Source: the human T2T-CHM13v2.0 reference genome, Homo sapiens. From it: a stretch of 64,000 nt of DNA. Shown piece after piece: positions 50,481 through 64,000 of the stretch. Below the pieces are notes generated by a model. It saw only the letters and a program-made list of their open reading frames with translations. It was not told the DNA's origin and ran no database searches. The stretch lies in the NCBI RefSeq assembly GCF_009914755.1, contig NC_060947.1; one strand, written 5' to 3'. Positions within the stretch are counted from its first letter, which is position 1. Every line of letters starts with the position of its first letter. The translations under genes were made by a program, and so were the position numbers.

Positions 50481-52670
50481 AACTTGCTGGCTTGGGCAGT
50501 GCCTATGCAGGGAGGAGCCTTCACTCCCAGATCACTGAAGGAGATGAGACACCTGGGTTCACAGGCCAGTGGAGGAGTGGGGCATGCCTCCCTCCACAGG
50601 GCCAAATATTAACAGCAGAATTGACCAAGCTGAGCAAAACATCTCAGACCTTGAAGACCAGTTCTCCAAAATAACTCAGTCAGACAAAAATAAGGAATAA
50701 ACAATGAAGAAGAAGGAATAAAACTTCCAAGAAATATGGGATTTTGCATAGAGACCAAATCTATGACCCATTGGTGTTACTGACAAAAAGTGAGATAAAG
50801 CAAGCAACTTGGAAAACATATTTCAAGATATTGTTCACAAAACCTTCCCCAACTTTCCTAGAGAGGCCATGATTCAAATCCAGGAAATGCAGAGAACCCC
50901 TGTGGCATATTATACAAGATGACCATCCCCAAGACACATATTCATCAAATTCTCCAAGATTGAAATGAAAGAAAAATGTTAAATGCAGCTAGAGGAAAGG
51001 GGCAGGTCACCTACAAAGAGAACCCCATTAGGCTAACAGTGGAACTTTCAGCAAAAACCCGACAAGGCAAAAGAGACTGGGGGTCTATATTCAGCTTTCA
51101 TTAAAAAAAAAGAAATTCCAACCTTTTCAGACAAGTAAATGCTAAGGGAATTTGTTACCACCAGACTTACCTTGGAAGAGGTCTTTGAGGGAGTGCTAAA
51201 TATGGAAAGGAAAAACCATTATTGGTCACCACAAAAACACACTTAAATAATAGACCATTGACACTATAAAGCAATCACACAATCAAGTCTGCATAATAAC
51301 CAGCTAACAACATGGCGAGAGAATCAAACTGACCCATATCAATATTAACCTTGAATATAAATGGCCAAATGGTACAATTAAAAGGCACAGATTGGCATAA
51401 TGGATAAAGAAGAAAGATCCAACTGTATGCAGTCTTCAAGAGACCCATGTCACATGCAATGATACCCACAGGCTCAAAGTAAAGGGATGGAGAAAAATCT
51501 ACTAAGCAAATGGAAAACAGAAAAAAGCAGGAGTTGCTATTCTAATTTTAGGCAAAACAGACTTTAAACCAACAACAATCAAAAAAGACAAAGAAGGGCA
51601 TTACATAATGGTAAAGATTTCAATTCAACAAGAAGACTTAATTATTCTAAATATATATGTACCCAACACAGGAGCACGCAGACTCATAAAGCAAGTTCTT
51701 GGAGACCTATGAAGAGACGTAGATAATCACATAATAACAGTGGGAGAGTTTAACATCACATTGACATTATTAGACAGACCACTGAGGCAGAAAATCAACA
51801 AAGATATTAGGGACCTGAACTTGACAGTTGACCAAGTGGGCCTAACAGAACTGTCCACCCAAAATCAACAGGGTATGCATTCATGTCATCTGCACATGGC
51901 AGATACTCTAAAATTGACCACATAATCAGCCAAAAAAATCCTAAGAACATTAAAAAAAATCATACCAACCTCACCCTAGGACCACAGTGCAATAAAATAG
52001 AAATCATTACTAATAACATCACTTAAAGCCATATAATTACATGGAAATTAAAGAACATGCTCCTGAATGACTTTTGGGTAAACAATAAAATTAAGCAAGA
52101 AATAAAGAAATTCTTTGAAAGTAGTAAGAACAAAGATATAACATACCAGAATCTCTGGGAGACAGCTAAAGCAGTGCTAAGAGGGAAATTTATAGTGCTA
52201 AACACCCACATCAAAAAGTTAGAAAGATCTCAAATTAACAACCTAACATCAAACCTAGAGGAACTAGAGAAACAAGAACAAATCAACCCCAAAGCTAGCA
52301 AAAGACAAGAAATAACAAAAATCCGAGATGAACTGAAGGAAATGGAGACACAAAAGAACCATACAAAAGATCAAGGAATCCAGCACTTGGTTCCTTGGAA
52401 GAATAATACTATTTGTAGACCACTAGAGACTACTATGGACACCTCTATACACAAAAACTAGAAAACCTAGAATAAATGAATAAATTCCTTGAAACATTCC
52501 ACCTCCCAAGATGGAACCAGGAAGAAACTGAATTGCTGAACAGACCAGTAATGAGTTCCAAAGTTGAATTAGTAATAAAAAGTCTATCAACGCCTCCCCC
52601 CCCAAAAAAAAAGCCCAGGACCAGATGAATTCACAGCCAAATTTTACCAGTTGTATAAAGAATTGCTGGT

Positions 52671-52939
<269 letters not shown>

Positions 52940-54439
52940 CTAGGTGATGAAATAATTTGTACACCAAACCTCCATGACACAAAATTTACCTCTATAACAA
53001 GCCTGCACGTGTACCCCAAACGTAAAATAAAAGTTTAAAAAAAGATTATTGGAAATTTCCATTTGCAATTTTGAATTTATTTGTTCCTCCCTTCAGTTCT
53101 GTCAGATTTTGCATCATGTATCTTGAAAATCTGTTGTTTGAGGTTTACACGTTTGGAAGTCTTATGTCTTCTTAGTGAATTGATCCTTTTATCATTATGT
53201 AATGTCAATTTTTATCCTTTGTAATTTTTCTTGTTCCTAAGTTTACTTTGATATGAATATAGAATTTTTGTGCCATGAATAGATAAAAAGAAATTTTAAA
53301 AAATATTATTCTATATTACATAATCTTAAATTTGTGTTTTGTGTATGTTATACCATGTATGTAATACTTAAGTACAATAGTGGTTGTATAATATATGTAA
53401 AATATAATATATATGTATAATAGTGCTTGCGGGCATATTATTTAAAAGTTTGGAGGCCATTTTTCTAAACTTTCATTCCTCAAACTGTACTATAACTTAC
53501 ACTGTTTTCACAGAATGTAAATAGATATATTATTAATAAATTAATAATGAAGGGTTTAATCACCTTGAAAGGATGCAAAATACTAGATTAAGCAAAACTG
53601 AACATTTTTTTGCTGCATGACTTTTTGGAGCCTTTGATATGCTAGTATATGTGGTGACCCTCCAAGACGGGCTACAATATACAATGTTGTCCAAGTTTCA
53701 GTTCTTGGAAGAGCTTTGTTAGCTTTATTTTGTGATCACCCTGTGTGCCTCATGGTGGTCAGACTTGTGGGAAAAATGTCACATTTGGCTCCTTCTGTGT
53801 TTGTAACATCTTGTTAGTATCAAGTCACCAGTATGTCTTTCTTTATCATAAATAAAGAGCAGCTTTATTTTATGTTTGTGAAATAAGTGAAATTGCATTA
53901 TGCAGCTGATCAAATTCTGACCAGATTGGAGTATGAATTCGTTTTTCCTAAATTAATCTAAAATAAATCTAAAACAATACCAAAATAGCACTTTATTTGA
54001 ATGTCTAACCAAATAATGTGATAACTATGTATGTCTAGCTTGTGAATGACATTTTCATCAAAAAATTCTGAATATTTTGATATCACATGTGAACATAACC
54101 TGGGTGAATTTTCTTCACTATTAATTGGTTCCTCTAAGTCTTGTTTATTCTACTAAGAGATGTCTTGAAGTAGCATTCCCCTTTTGCTCACCTTTTTCAC
54201 TGCCCCATTTCAAATTCCCATCCTCTGTTACCTGCTTTTGTATGATAGCCTCACAACTGCTTTTTAGGCTACCTTTCTATTCCTCACTAGAGAAACTTGG
54301 TCACTAGAGTTATTTGAAAATGACGTAAATGATTCGTATTCGTTTCTTGTTTAAAAATTTCTACTGCACAGCATACTGTCCAAATTCTAGGATAATATTC
54401 AAACACATACGACCCTTAAACATCTATCTCTAATCAAAT

Positions 54440-55230
54440 GCTCTTGTGCTGCAGAGGCTGAAAAATTAAAATGTACATTCCACATACTCCCTTGTAGCTA
54501 ACATTCTGAATGTATATAAGGTTAAATTAACCAGATGCACTTCTGTAAGATATGGAAGGCAGAGTTTTTCTGAGGCAGCATTAGCAACGGTGTCAATGTC
54601 AAGTAACTAGCTTCATCAGTGTGGAGAGGCAAGATGTGGGGTATTGGCCGGGCGTGGTGGCTCACCCCTGTAATCCCAGCACTTCGGGAGGCGGAGGCGG
54701 GCGGATCACGAGGTCAGGAGATCGAGACCATCCTGGCTAACACGGTGAAACCCCATCTCTACTAAAAATACAGAAAAATTAGCCGGGCGTGGTGGCGGGC
54801 GCCGTAGTCCCAGCTACTCAGGAGGCTGAGGCAGGAGAATGGCGTGAACCTGGGAGGTGGAACTTGGAGTGAGCTGAGATCGCACCACTGCACTCCAGCC
54901 TGGGTGACAGAGCGAGACTCTGTCTCAAAAAAAGAAAAAAAAAGAAAAAAAAAAGATGTGGGGTATTATTTTTTCTGGTGTAGATTATAGCAGTTACGGT
55001 GTGATTATGCAGGGGCACCAGTATTGATTGCATACTCATCATGGTAGCTTTTAAATTATGGCAGTGGTTATATGCTCCTGGATTTAGAAGCTTCTTGATG
55101 TAGAGGAAATAGCAGCTTCTTTGGTGGCCCAGTTTTGCAATCCAGCTTTGAAATTTACTCCAGGAAGCTCAGCTTAGAAATAGCTTCTTCAGCTTTTCCA
55201 CTGATTCTTAATGATTAAAAAACTGTAAGT
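54440..55230. mobile_element. LTR33-like (ERVL) LTR interrupted by AluY
   Basis: tgctgcagaggctgaaaa...acattccacatactcccttgtagcta...accagatgcacttctgtaagatatggaaggcagag. Confidence 0.55.
54646..54952 (+). mobile_element. AluY
   Basis: CpG-rich, gagatcgagaccatcctggctaacacggtg; perfect TSD aagatgtggggtatt at 54631-54645 and 54953-54967. Confidence 0.97.
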
Positions 55231-55427
55231 GCTTAATTGTCTCTGATTCTAAAGTTAGAGACAGACAAATGTAAGGGATGAAACAATTGGAGAGACAGTC
55301 AGGTCATAAAGGACTTCATATGGCTTGTCATACAAAATTTAGAATTTCTCTTACAAGTAATGGGGATCCATTGCTTATAAGAGAATCCATTTTAAGTGAC
55401 ATTTTAAGATTTAAATTTTAGCTAGAC

Positions 55428-55672
55428 CAATACTACTCAAAGCATGATCCACACATCAGTGCTGGACCAAAAGCTGTTTGCAATAGATCTACAATAAATA
55501 TAGAAATTGAGATTAAGTATCTAAAAATTTTTATAGCAATTTGACATTGCTGCTACTTCCAAGTTTGTAACCAGTTGAATTGGACAAAGTGTTAGTCTGT
55601 TATTTATTGGAAATTTTATAAAAAGAATAACATGATACTGCTCCTTCACCGCAGGTGGTTTGAGAAGCACCA
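55428..55672 (+). mobile_element. Charlie4-like hAT MITE
   Basis: TIRs caatactactcaaag / tttgagaagcacca; 8-bp TSD agctagac/agctagat. Confidence 0.75.
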
Positions 55673-55717
55673 AGCTAGATTATTCTGGAGGTTATGTGAA
55701 AGTTAAAGTGAAGGTAT

Positions 55718-55980
55718 ACACATGTTCTTACTTATAAGTGGAAGCTAAGCTATGGGTGTGCAGAGGCAAACAGGGTGGTATAATAGACACTGGAGACTCA
55801 GAAGGGGGAAAGTTGGAAGGGTTGAGGGGTGAAAAATCACTTATTTGGTACAGTGTGTACTGTTTGGATGATGAGTACACTAAAAGCCCAGACTTTACCA
55901 TTATACAATTCATTCATGTAACCAAAAACCACCAGTACCCCTAAAGCTAGTTAAATAAAAAATTAACAAAAAATAAAATG
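55718..55980 (+). mobile_element. Short L1PB-type 3' end
   Basis: catgttcttacttataagtggaagctaagctatg...aaaagcccagactttaccattatacaattcattcatgtaaccaaaaaccac + A-rich tail. Confidence 0.85.
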
Positions 55981-56902
55981 AAGATATAAAGAAATAGGGA
56001 AATGTCTAGCTAGGACAACATAGTGATTTCATATTTGATATACCCCTCTGGCCTGAACACATAGCAGAGAGTGATAAAATGTAAAAATAGAAAGCAAAAA
56101 TGATACAGTCAGCTCTGAAAATAAGAAAATGGAATAGAAATGTGAAGCAGTGAGTGAAGTTGAAGTCCTGAGGTGCTGAGCTCCAGGTTGAGAAACAGAA
56201 ACAGCCATTCAGGATTTTAGTGTCTGTGAGGGATAAATTACTTCATGATGTTATGTTGGTACTAAATTGAGTGTTGTTCACAAACCTATTTCTTTTGAGC
56301 TTGATCTTGAAAGATAGTTTAGCTGGATACAACTATTTTCTTTCAGCTCCCCATTACCTTCTGGGTTAACCTCTTTTGGATAATGAATGTGATATCAGTA
56401 TATCTTTAATCTGTCTGTTTTTTCCCAGATAGCTTTTAAGATATTCTTTTGGTCTTTGGTGTACCACAGTTTCATTATAGTGTGTCTGGCTGTATTTTCT
56501 GGATTTCTTTTTATTTATCCAGCTTGGGATTTTGTATGGTTCTTAATGTCATTATCTTTTAAAACACTGTCTCTCTTTCATGCTCTGTATTCCCTTCTTT
56601 TGGAAATTATATTAGAGAGATGGTGAACATTCTTATTCTATTCTATGTGTCTTATCACTCTGCATTTACATATTTTATTTGTTTTTTGTTTTTACTCTAC
56701 TTTAAGTTATTTTTTCATACCACTCTTCCAAATCAGCAATACTCTCTTCTGCTATGTATAGTGTGTTGTTTACCGTATCCATTGATTTTTAACTTCAAAA
56801 ACCGTATTCTTTTACTTCTGAAAGTTTTATTTCACTGGTTTTCAAATCTTTCTATGTTTTTTCTTGATAATTGTATATCCCTTTTCGTGATTTTCAGTTT
56901 TA

Positions 56903-57056
56903 TTTGAGAAAGGGTCTCACCCTGTGGCCCAGGCTGGAGTGCAGTGGTGTGATGACAGCTCACTGCAGTTTCAAACTCTGAGGATCAAGTGATACTCCTG
57001 CCTCAGCCTCCTGAGTAGTTGGGAATACAGTCACACACCACCATGCCTGGCTAACA
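56903..57056 (-). mobile_element. Alu right arm / FRAM-like monomer
   Basis: agggtctcaccctgtggcccaggctggagtgcagtgg...ccatgcctggctaa; left arm absent. Confidence 0.85.
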
Positions 57057-60000
57057 TTTTTTTTTTTAATTTTGTGGATGCATAGTATGTATATATATTT
57101 ATGGTATACATGAGATGCTTTGATACTGGCATGTAATGTGAAATAAACACATCATGGCAAATGGGGTATCCATCTTCTAAAGCATTTATCCTTTGAGTTA
57201 CAAGAATACAATAACATTCTTTAAGTTATTTTAAAATGTACCATTAAGTTATTATTGACTGTAGTCACCCTGTTGTGCTATCAAATAGTAGATCTTCTTT
57301 ATTTTTTCTGTTTTTTTTTTTTTTGTACCCATTAACCATCTCCACCTCGTCCAACACCCCCACTACCCTTCCCAGCCTCTGGTAACCATCTTTCTACTCT
57401 CTATGACTATGAGTTCAATTGTTTTGATTTATAGATCCCACAAATAAGTGAGAATATACAATGTTTATCTTTCTGTGCCTGGCTTATTTCACTTCACACA
57501 ATGATCTCCAGTTCCATCCATGTTGTTGCAAATGACTGGATCTCATTCTATTTTATGGCTGAATAGTACTCCATTGTGTATATGTACCACATTTTCTCTA
57601 TCCATTCATCTGTTAATGTATGCTTACGTTGCTTCCAAATCTTGGCTATTGTGAACGATGCTGCAACAAACGTGGGAGTGCAGGTATCTCTTCGATATAC
57701 TGATTTCCTTTCTTTGGGGTCTATACTCAGCAGTGGAATTGCTGGATCCTAAATTTTTTTAGGAATTTTATACTCACCAGTGGAATTGCTGGTAGCTAAA
57801 TTTTAAGGTTTTTGAGGAACTTCCAAACTGTTCTCCATAGTGGTTGTAATAATTTACATCTCATCAACAGTACACAAGTGTTCTCTTTTCTCCGCATCCT
57901 TGCCAGCCTTTGTTATTGCCTGTCTTTTGGATATAAGCCATTTTAATTGGGGTAAGATGATATTTCATGTAGTTTTGATAGGCATTTCTCTGATGATCAG
58001 TGATGTTGAACACTATTTTGTATGCCTGTTTGCCAATTGTATGTCTTCTGAGAAATGTCTATTCAAATCTCTTGCCCATTTTTCAATTGGATTATTAGAT
58101 TTTTTTCCTACAGAGTTGTTTGAGCTCCTTATATGTCCTGGTTATTAATCTCTTGTCAGGTGGGTAGTTGGTAAATATTTTCTCCCATTCTGTGGGTTGT
58201 TTCTTCACTTTGTTGATCATATCCTTTTTTGTGTAGAAGCCTTTTAACTTGATATGATCCAATTTGTCCATTTTTCGTTGGTTTCCTGTGCTTGTGGGGT
58301 ATTGCTCAAGAAATCTTTGCCCAGACCAATGTCCTGAAGATTTTCCCCAATGTTTTCCTGTAGTAGTTTCATAGTTGGAGGTCTTAAATTTAAGCGTTTA
58401 ATTCATTTTGATTTGATTTTTGTATATGTCAAGAGATATAGGTCTAGTTTCTTTCTTCTGCATATGGATATCCAGTTCCTAGCACCATTTATTCGATGAT
58501 ATTGTTTTTTCCCTAGTGTATGTTCTTGGCATCTTTCTTGATAATGAATTCACTGTAGGTGTCTGGGTTTGTTTCAGGGTTCTCTATTCTATTTCATTGG
58601 TATATGTTTCTGTTTTTATGCCAGTACCATGCTGTTTTGGTTACTATAGCTCTGTAGTGTAATTTGAAGCCAGGTAATGTTTTGTTCTTTTTGCTTAAGA
58701 CAGCTTTAGATATTCTGGGACTTTTGTGGTTCCACATAAATTTTATGATTTTTTTTCTATTTCTATGAATTATCTATTGTAAATAGAAATCCTTTTTAAA
58801 TTTCATTTTCGTATTGTTCACTGTTCAAATATAAGATCACGTCATCTGTAAACAAGGATAATTTAACTTCATCTTTTCCAATTTGGATGGCCTTTATGTC
58901 TTTTCTTGTCTGATTGCTCTAGCTAGGACTTCCAGTACTATGTTGAATAACAGTGGTGACAGTGGGCATCCTTGTCATGTTCCAGATTTTAGAGGAAAGG
59001 CTTTCAGTTTTTCCCCATTCAGTATGATGCTGGCTGTTGGTCTGTCATATTTGACTTTTATTATGTTGATGTATGTTCCTTCTATCCCCAGTCTCTTGAG
59101 TGTTTTTATCATGAAAGGATGTTGAATTTTGTCAAATGCTTTTTCAGCATCACTTGAAATGATCATGTGACTTTGATCCTTCATTGTGTTGATATGAGTA
59201 TCACATTGATGGATTTGTGTATTTTGATCCATCCTCACATCCTTGGGATAAATCTCACTTGGTCATGATGAATGATCTTTTAAATGTGTTGTTGAAATTG
59301 GCTTGCTGGTATTTTGCTGAGGATAATTGCATCAATATTCATCAATGATATTGGCCTGTCATTTTCTTTTCTTGATGTATCTTTGTCTGATTTTGGTATA
59401 AGGGTAACTGTTCTCATAGAATCAGTTTGGATGTACTCCCTTTTCCTTTATTTTTTGGAATAGTTTGAATAAGATTGGTATTAGTCCTTTAAATACTTCA
59501 TAGAATTCAGCACTAAAGCCAGTGGGTCCTGGGATTTTCTTTACTGGGAGACTTTATTCTGGCTTTGATCTTATTACTTGGTGTGTTCAGGTTTAGGATT
59601 TCTTCATGGTTCAATCTTGGTAGTTTGTATGCCTCTAGGCATTTTTCCATTTCTTCCAGATTTTCCAATTTATTGGCATATCATTGCTCACTGTGGCCAC
59701 TAAAGATCCTTTGAATTTCTGCAGTATCAGTTATAATGTCTCCTTTTGAATTTCTGATTTTATTTGGATCTTTTCTCTTTTTTTCTTAATTAGTCAGGCA
59801 AAAGTTTTGGCAATTACATTTAACTTTTAAAAAAACAACTTCTTTTTCATTGATTCTTTAGATTCTTTTTTCATTTCAATTTCATTTATTTCTGCTCTGA
59901 TTATTATTATTTCTTTTCCTCTACTGATTTTTAAGATTGGTTTGCTCTTGCTTTTCTATTTTTTTAAGATGCATCATTAGATTGTTCATTTGAAGTTTTT

Positions 60001-61675
60001 CCCCCCTTTGATGTAGGCGCTTATAGCTATAAACTTCCCTCTTAGTATTGCTTTTGCTGTGTCCCATAGGTTTTGGTATGTTGTGTTTCCATTATCATTT
60101 GTTTCAAGAAATTTTTCAATTCCCTTTTTAATTTCTTCATTGACCCATCAGTCATTCAGGAGCATATTGTTTAATTTCCATGTATTTGTATAGTTCCCAA
60201 AATTCTTCTTGTTATTGATTTCTAGTTTTATTCCATTGTGGTCAGAGAAGATGCTTGATAGCATTTCAGTTTTTTGGAGTGTTTTAATACTTGTTTTGTG
60301 AACTAACATATCATCTATTCTTGAGAATGTTCCATGTGCGGAGGTAAAGAATGTGTGTTCTATAGCTGTTGAATGAAATGTTCTGTAAATACCTATTAGA
60401 TCCATTTGATCTGTAGTGCAGATTAAGTCTAATGTTGCTTTGTTAATTTTGTGTCTGGAAGATCTGTCCAATGCTGTAAGTGTGGTGTTGAAGTCTCCAG
60501 CTATTATTGTATTTGGATCTATTTCTCTCTTTAGCTCTAATAATATTTCCTTTATGTATCTGGGTGATCCAGGGTTGCATGCATATATATTTACAGTTGT
60601 TATATCCTCTAGCTGAATTGACCCCTTTATCATTATGCAGTGACCTTCTTTGTCTCTTTTTATAGTTTTTGTCTTGATATCTATTTTGTCTGATGTAAGT
60701 GTAGTGACTCCTACTCTTTTTGGTTTCCATTGGCATGGAATATCCTTCCCATCCCTTTATTTTCAGTTTCTGTGTGTCTTTATAGGTTAAGTATGTTTCT
60801 TGTAGGCAACAGATCAATGGAACTTGCTTTTTCATCCATTCAGCCACTCTATGTCTTTTGATTGGAGAGTTTAGTCCATTTACTTTCAGTGTTATTATTG
60901 ATAAGTAAGGACTTACTCCTGCTATTTTGTTATTTGTTTTATGGTTATTTTGTGGTGTTTCTTCCTACATTCTATCCTTCCTGTCTTCCTCTGAAGGTGG
61001 TTTTTCTCTGGTGATATGATTTAGTTTCTTGCTTTTTATTTTTGTGTATCCATTGTATGATTTTCATTTGAGGTTTCCATGAGGCTTGCAAATAGTATCT
61101 TATAACCCCTTATTTTAACCTCATAAAAACTTAACACTATTTGCATAAACAAACAAGCAAAAAGAAAATGAACAAAACCTCTACACCTTCACTTTATTCC
61201 CCTACATTTTTACATTTTGTTGTTTCTATATGTATCTTATTGTACTATGTCTTGAAAACTCGTTGTAGTTATTATTTTTGATTGGTTCATCCTTTAGTCT
61301 TTCCATTTAGAGTAAGAGTAGTTTATACACCACAGTTACAGCATTATAATATTCTGTGTTTTTCTCTGTACTTACTATTACCAGTGAGTTTTGTACCTTC
61401 AAGTGCTTATTTATTGCTCATTAATGTCTTTTCCTTTCTGATTAAAGTACTCCTTTTAACGTTTCTTAGGACAGATCTGGTGTTAATGAAATCCTTCAGC
61501 TTTTGTTTGTCTGAAAAGTCTTTATTTCTCCTTCATGTTTGAAGGATATTTTCACCAGATATACTATGCTAGGGTATAAGTTTTTTTTTCCTTCAGCACT
61601 TTAAATATGTCATGCCACTCTCTCCTGGCTTGTAAGGTTTTCACTGAAAAGTCTGGTGTGATGTATTGGAGCTTT
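57057..61675 (-). mobile_element. 5'-truncated L1MA1-3-like LINE-1 with an internal ORF2 deletion near 58770-58830
   Basis: Colinear with the 1-4360 copy; endonuclease-domain remnants 60148-60847 (TIIAGDFNTTL). Confidence 0.9.
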
Positions 61676-62339
61676 TTAATAATTTTAATATTCTTAGAGA
61701 GTTTATATGTAATTCTACCACATAAATTTCAAAAGAATAGTATTCTTATCTATTTTTCATTCTGATTCTCATTCATGGTGGCTTGTGTTCTTATATTCAT
61801 TGCAGTTTTTATTGTGAGCTTTTGCTTTGTAAAAAGGAAGGGGATCTTTCTGTGTGGAAATTATGCATGACCCATATTGAGGAAAGGACTTGTCAGAGAA
61901 TTCTTATGTTTTTCCCTTCCAGTCCTCCTGAAGTAAAATGAACCTGAAACCACTTTTCCACTTTAAAAAATGTTTTATTAACAAATAATGACTGTATATA
62001 TTTATGGGTGTAAAATGATGCTTCAGTACATATATATACATCTAGAATCAGCAAATTAGGCTAATTAATATAGCAATCACATCATATACATATCATTTAT
62101 TATTTGTGGTAGAATTTTTTTCCTTTTTAATTTTTGTTTTATATTTGGAAATGTGCAATTTTTATTAGAAAACTAATAAAAACTCTACACTTTAACCTTA
62201 TCCCCTCAATTTATGTCTTTTTTTAACCTTTTGTTGTTTCTTCTTATGTCACATTGTACTATGTCTTGAAAAGTTGTTGTAAAAGTTATTATTTTTCATC
62301 GGTTCATAATTTTGTGTTTCTACTTGATATATGTGTGGG

Positions 62340-63925
62340 GTTTTTTTTGTTTTTTCCTCTATTTTATTTTATGTTATTAACTTTTATTTTAGGTTCAGAG
62401 TACATGTGAAAGTTTATTGTTTAGGTAAGCTACTGTCATGAGGGTTTGTTGCACAGATTATTTCATCACTTATGTACTAAGCCTAGTACCCAATTGTTAT
62501 TTTTTCTGCTCTTCTCTTTCATCCTGTACTCCTCCCTCAAGTAGACCCCAGTGTCTGTTGTTCCTTTCTTTGTGTTCGTGAATTCTCATCATTTAGCTCC
62601 CACTTATAAGTGAGAACATGCAGTATTTGCTTTTCTGTTTCTGCATTAGTTTGCTAAGGATGATAGCCTTCAGGTCCATCCATGCTCACACAAAAGACAT
62701 GATCTTCTTATTTTATGGTTGCATAGTATTCCATGGTTTATATGTACCACATTTCCTTTGTCTAATTTGTCATTATGGGCATTTAGGTTGATTTCATGTC
62801 TTTGCTATTGTGAATAGTGCTGAAATGAACATTTGTGTTATATACCCAGTAATGGGATTGCTGGATCAAATGGTAGTTCTGCTTTTAGCTCTTTGAGGAA
62901 TTGCCATTCTGCTTTCCCAATAGTTGAACTAATATACACTCCTACTAACAGTATATAAGTGTTCTGTTTTCTCTGCAACCTCACCAGCATCTGTCATTTT
63001 TTGACTTTTTAATAATCACCATTTTAACTGATGTGAGATGGTATCTCATTGCAGTTTTGATTTGCATTTCTCTAATGGTCAGTGATGTTGAGCTTTTTCT
63101 CATATGCTTTTCTAATGGGGGTAGTTTGGTGGGGGTTTTTTTGTAAATTTTTTAAGTTTCTTATATATGCTGGATATTAGACCTTTGTCAGATGCATAGC
63201 TTGCAAATATTTTCTTCCATTCTGTAGGTTGTCTGATTACTCTGTTGATAGTTTCTTGCTTTGCAGAAGCTCTTAAGTTTAATTAGATCAAATTTCCCAA
63301 TTTTTGCTTTTGTTGTGATTGCTTTTGGTGTCTTTGTCATGAAATCTTTTCCTGTTTCTATGTCCAGAATGGTATTGCCTAGGTTGTCTTCCAGGATTTT
63401 TATAATTTTGAGTTTTACATTTAAGTCATTAAACCACTTTGTGTTGATTTTTGTATATGGTGCATGAAAGGGGTCCAGCTTCCATCTTCTGCATATGGCT
63501 TCTCATTTATCTCAGCATCATTTGTTGAATAGGGAGTCTTTTCCCCATCACTTGCTTTTGTCAGCTTTGCCAAAGATCAGATGGTTATAGGGGTGTGGGC
63601 TTGTTTCTGGGCTCTGTATTCTGTTCCATTGGTCTATGTGCCTGTTTTTGTACCAGTACCATGCTGTTTGGGTTACTGTAGCCATTTAGTATAGTGTGAA
63701 GACACATAATGTAATGCCTCCAGCTTTGTTCTTTTTGCTTATAATTGCCTTGGCTATTTGAGCTCTTTTTTAATTGCATATAAATTTTAAAGTAGTTTTT
63801 TCCTAGTTCTGTGAAGAATATCATTGGTAGTCAGAAATAGCATTGAATCTGTAAATTGCTTTGGGCAATATGGCCATTTTAATAATTTTGATTCTTCATA
63901 TCCATGAACATGAGATATTTTTCCT
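62340..63925 (-). mobile_element. 5'-truncated L1PA/PREC-type element nested in another L1MA fragment (62165-62325, resumes ~63930)
   Basis: T-rich tail, ttttattttaggttcagagtacatgtg 3'UTR, ORF2 C-terminal remnants. Confidence 0.85.
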
Positions 63926-64000
63926 GACAATTACAGTGTTATGATTTTTTCGTCCTTACTATTACCAGTGAATTTTTCTTACTTTCATATGATTTCTTAT

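Noticed and set aside
62165-62325. Apparent local duplication of 61160-61300
   Set aside because: Both match the L1MA inter-ORF region (also at ~3835-3990); explained by a separate L1 fragment that resumes at ~63930

Overview
Primate (catarrhine-like: AluY and LTR7 present) intergenic DNA, almost entirely made of transposable elements: several degenerate LINE-1s (three near full length), two complete MaLR (MST/THE1-type) proviruses, solo LTRs, Alus, MIRs and hAT MITEs, many nested with readable target-site duplications (TSDs). No intact host protein-coding gene, RNA gene or CRISPR array is supported. The only gene-derived sequence is a full-length processed pseudogene of plasmolipin (PLLP; minus strand, 26170-27680). 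It has a 14-bp TSD, a CpG-rich 5' end and a residual 172-aa ORF covering the transmembrane region. Other points worth a second look are a ~330-bp L1 3' extension/transduction present twice (one copy nested in the other), a solo HERV-H LTR7 inserted in the terminus of a MER4 LTR, a 39-bp in-frame tandem repeat open on both strands in unique DNA, a locally templated ~80-bp insertion in MER115 and a non-classical L1 insertion. Repeat family names and the PLLP comparison rest on consensus sequences recalled from memory, and old-repeat boundaries are approximate. I see no convincing evidence for a new biological system.
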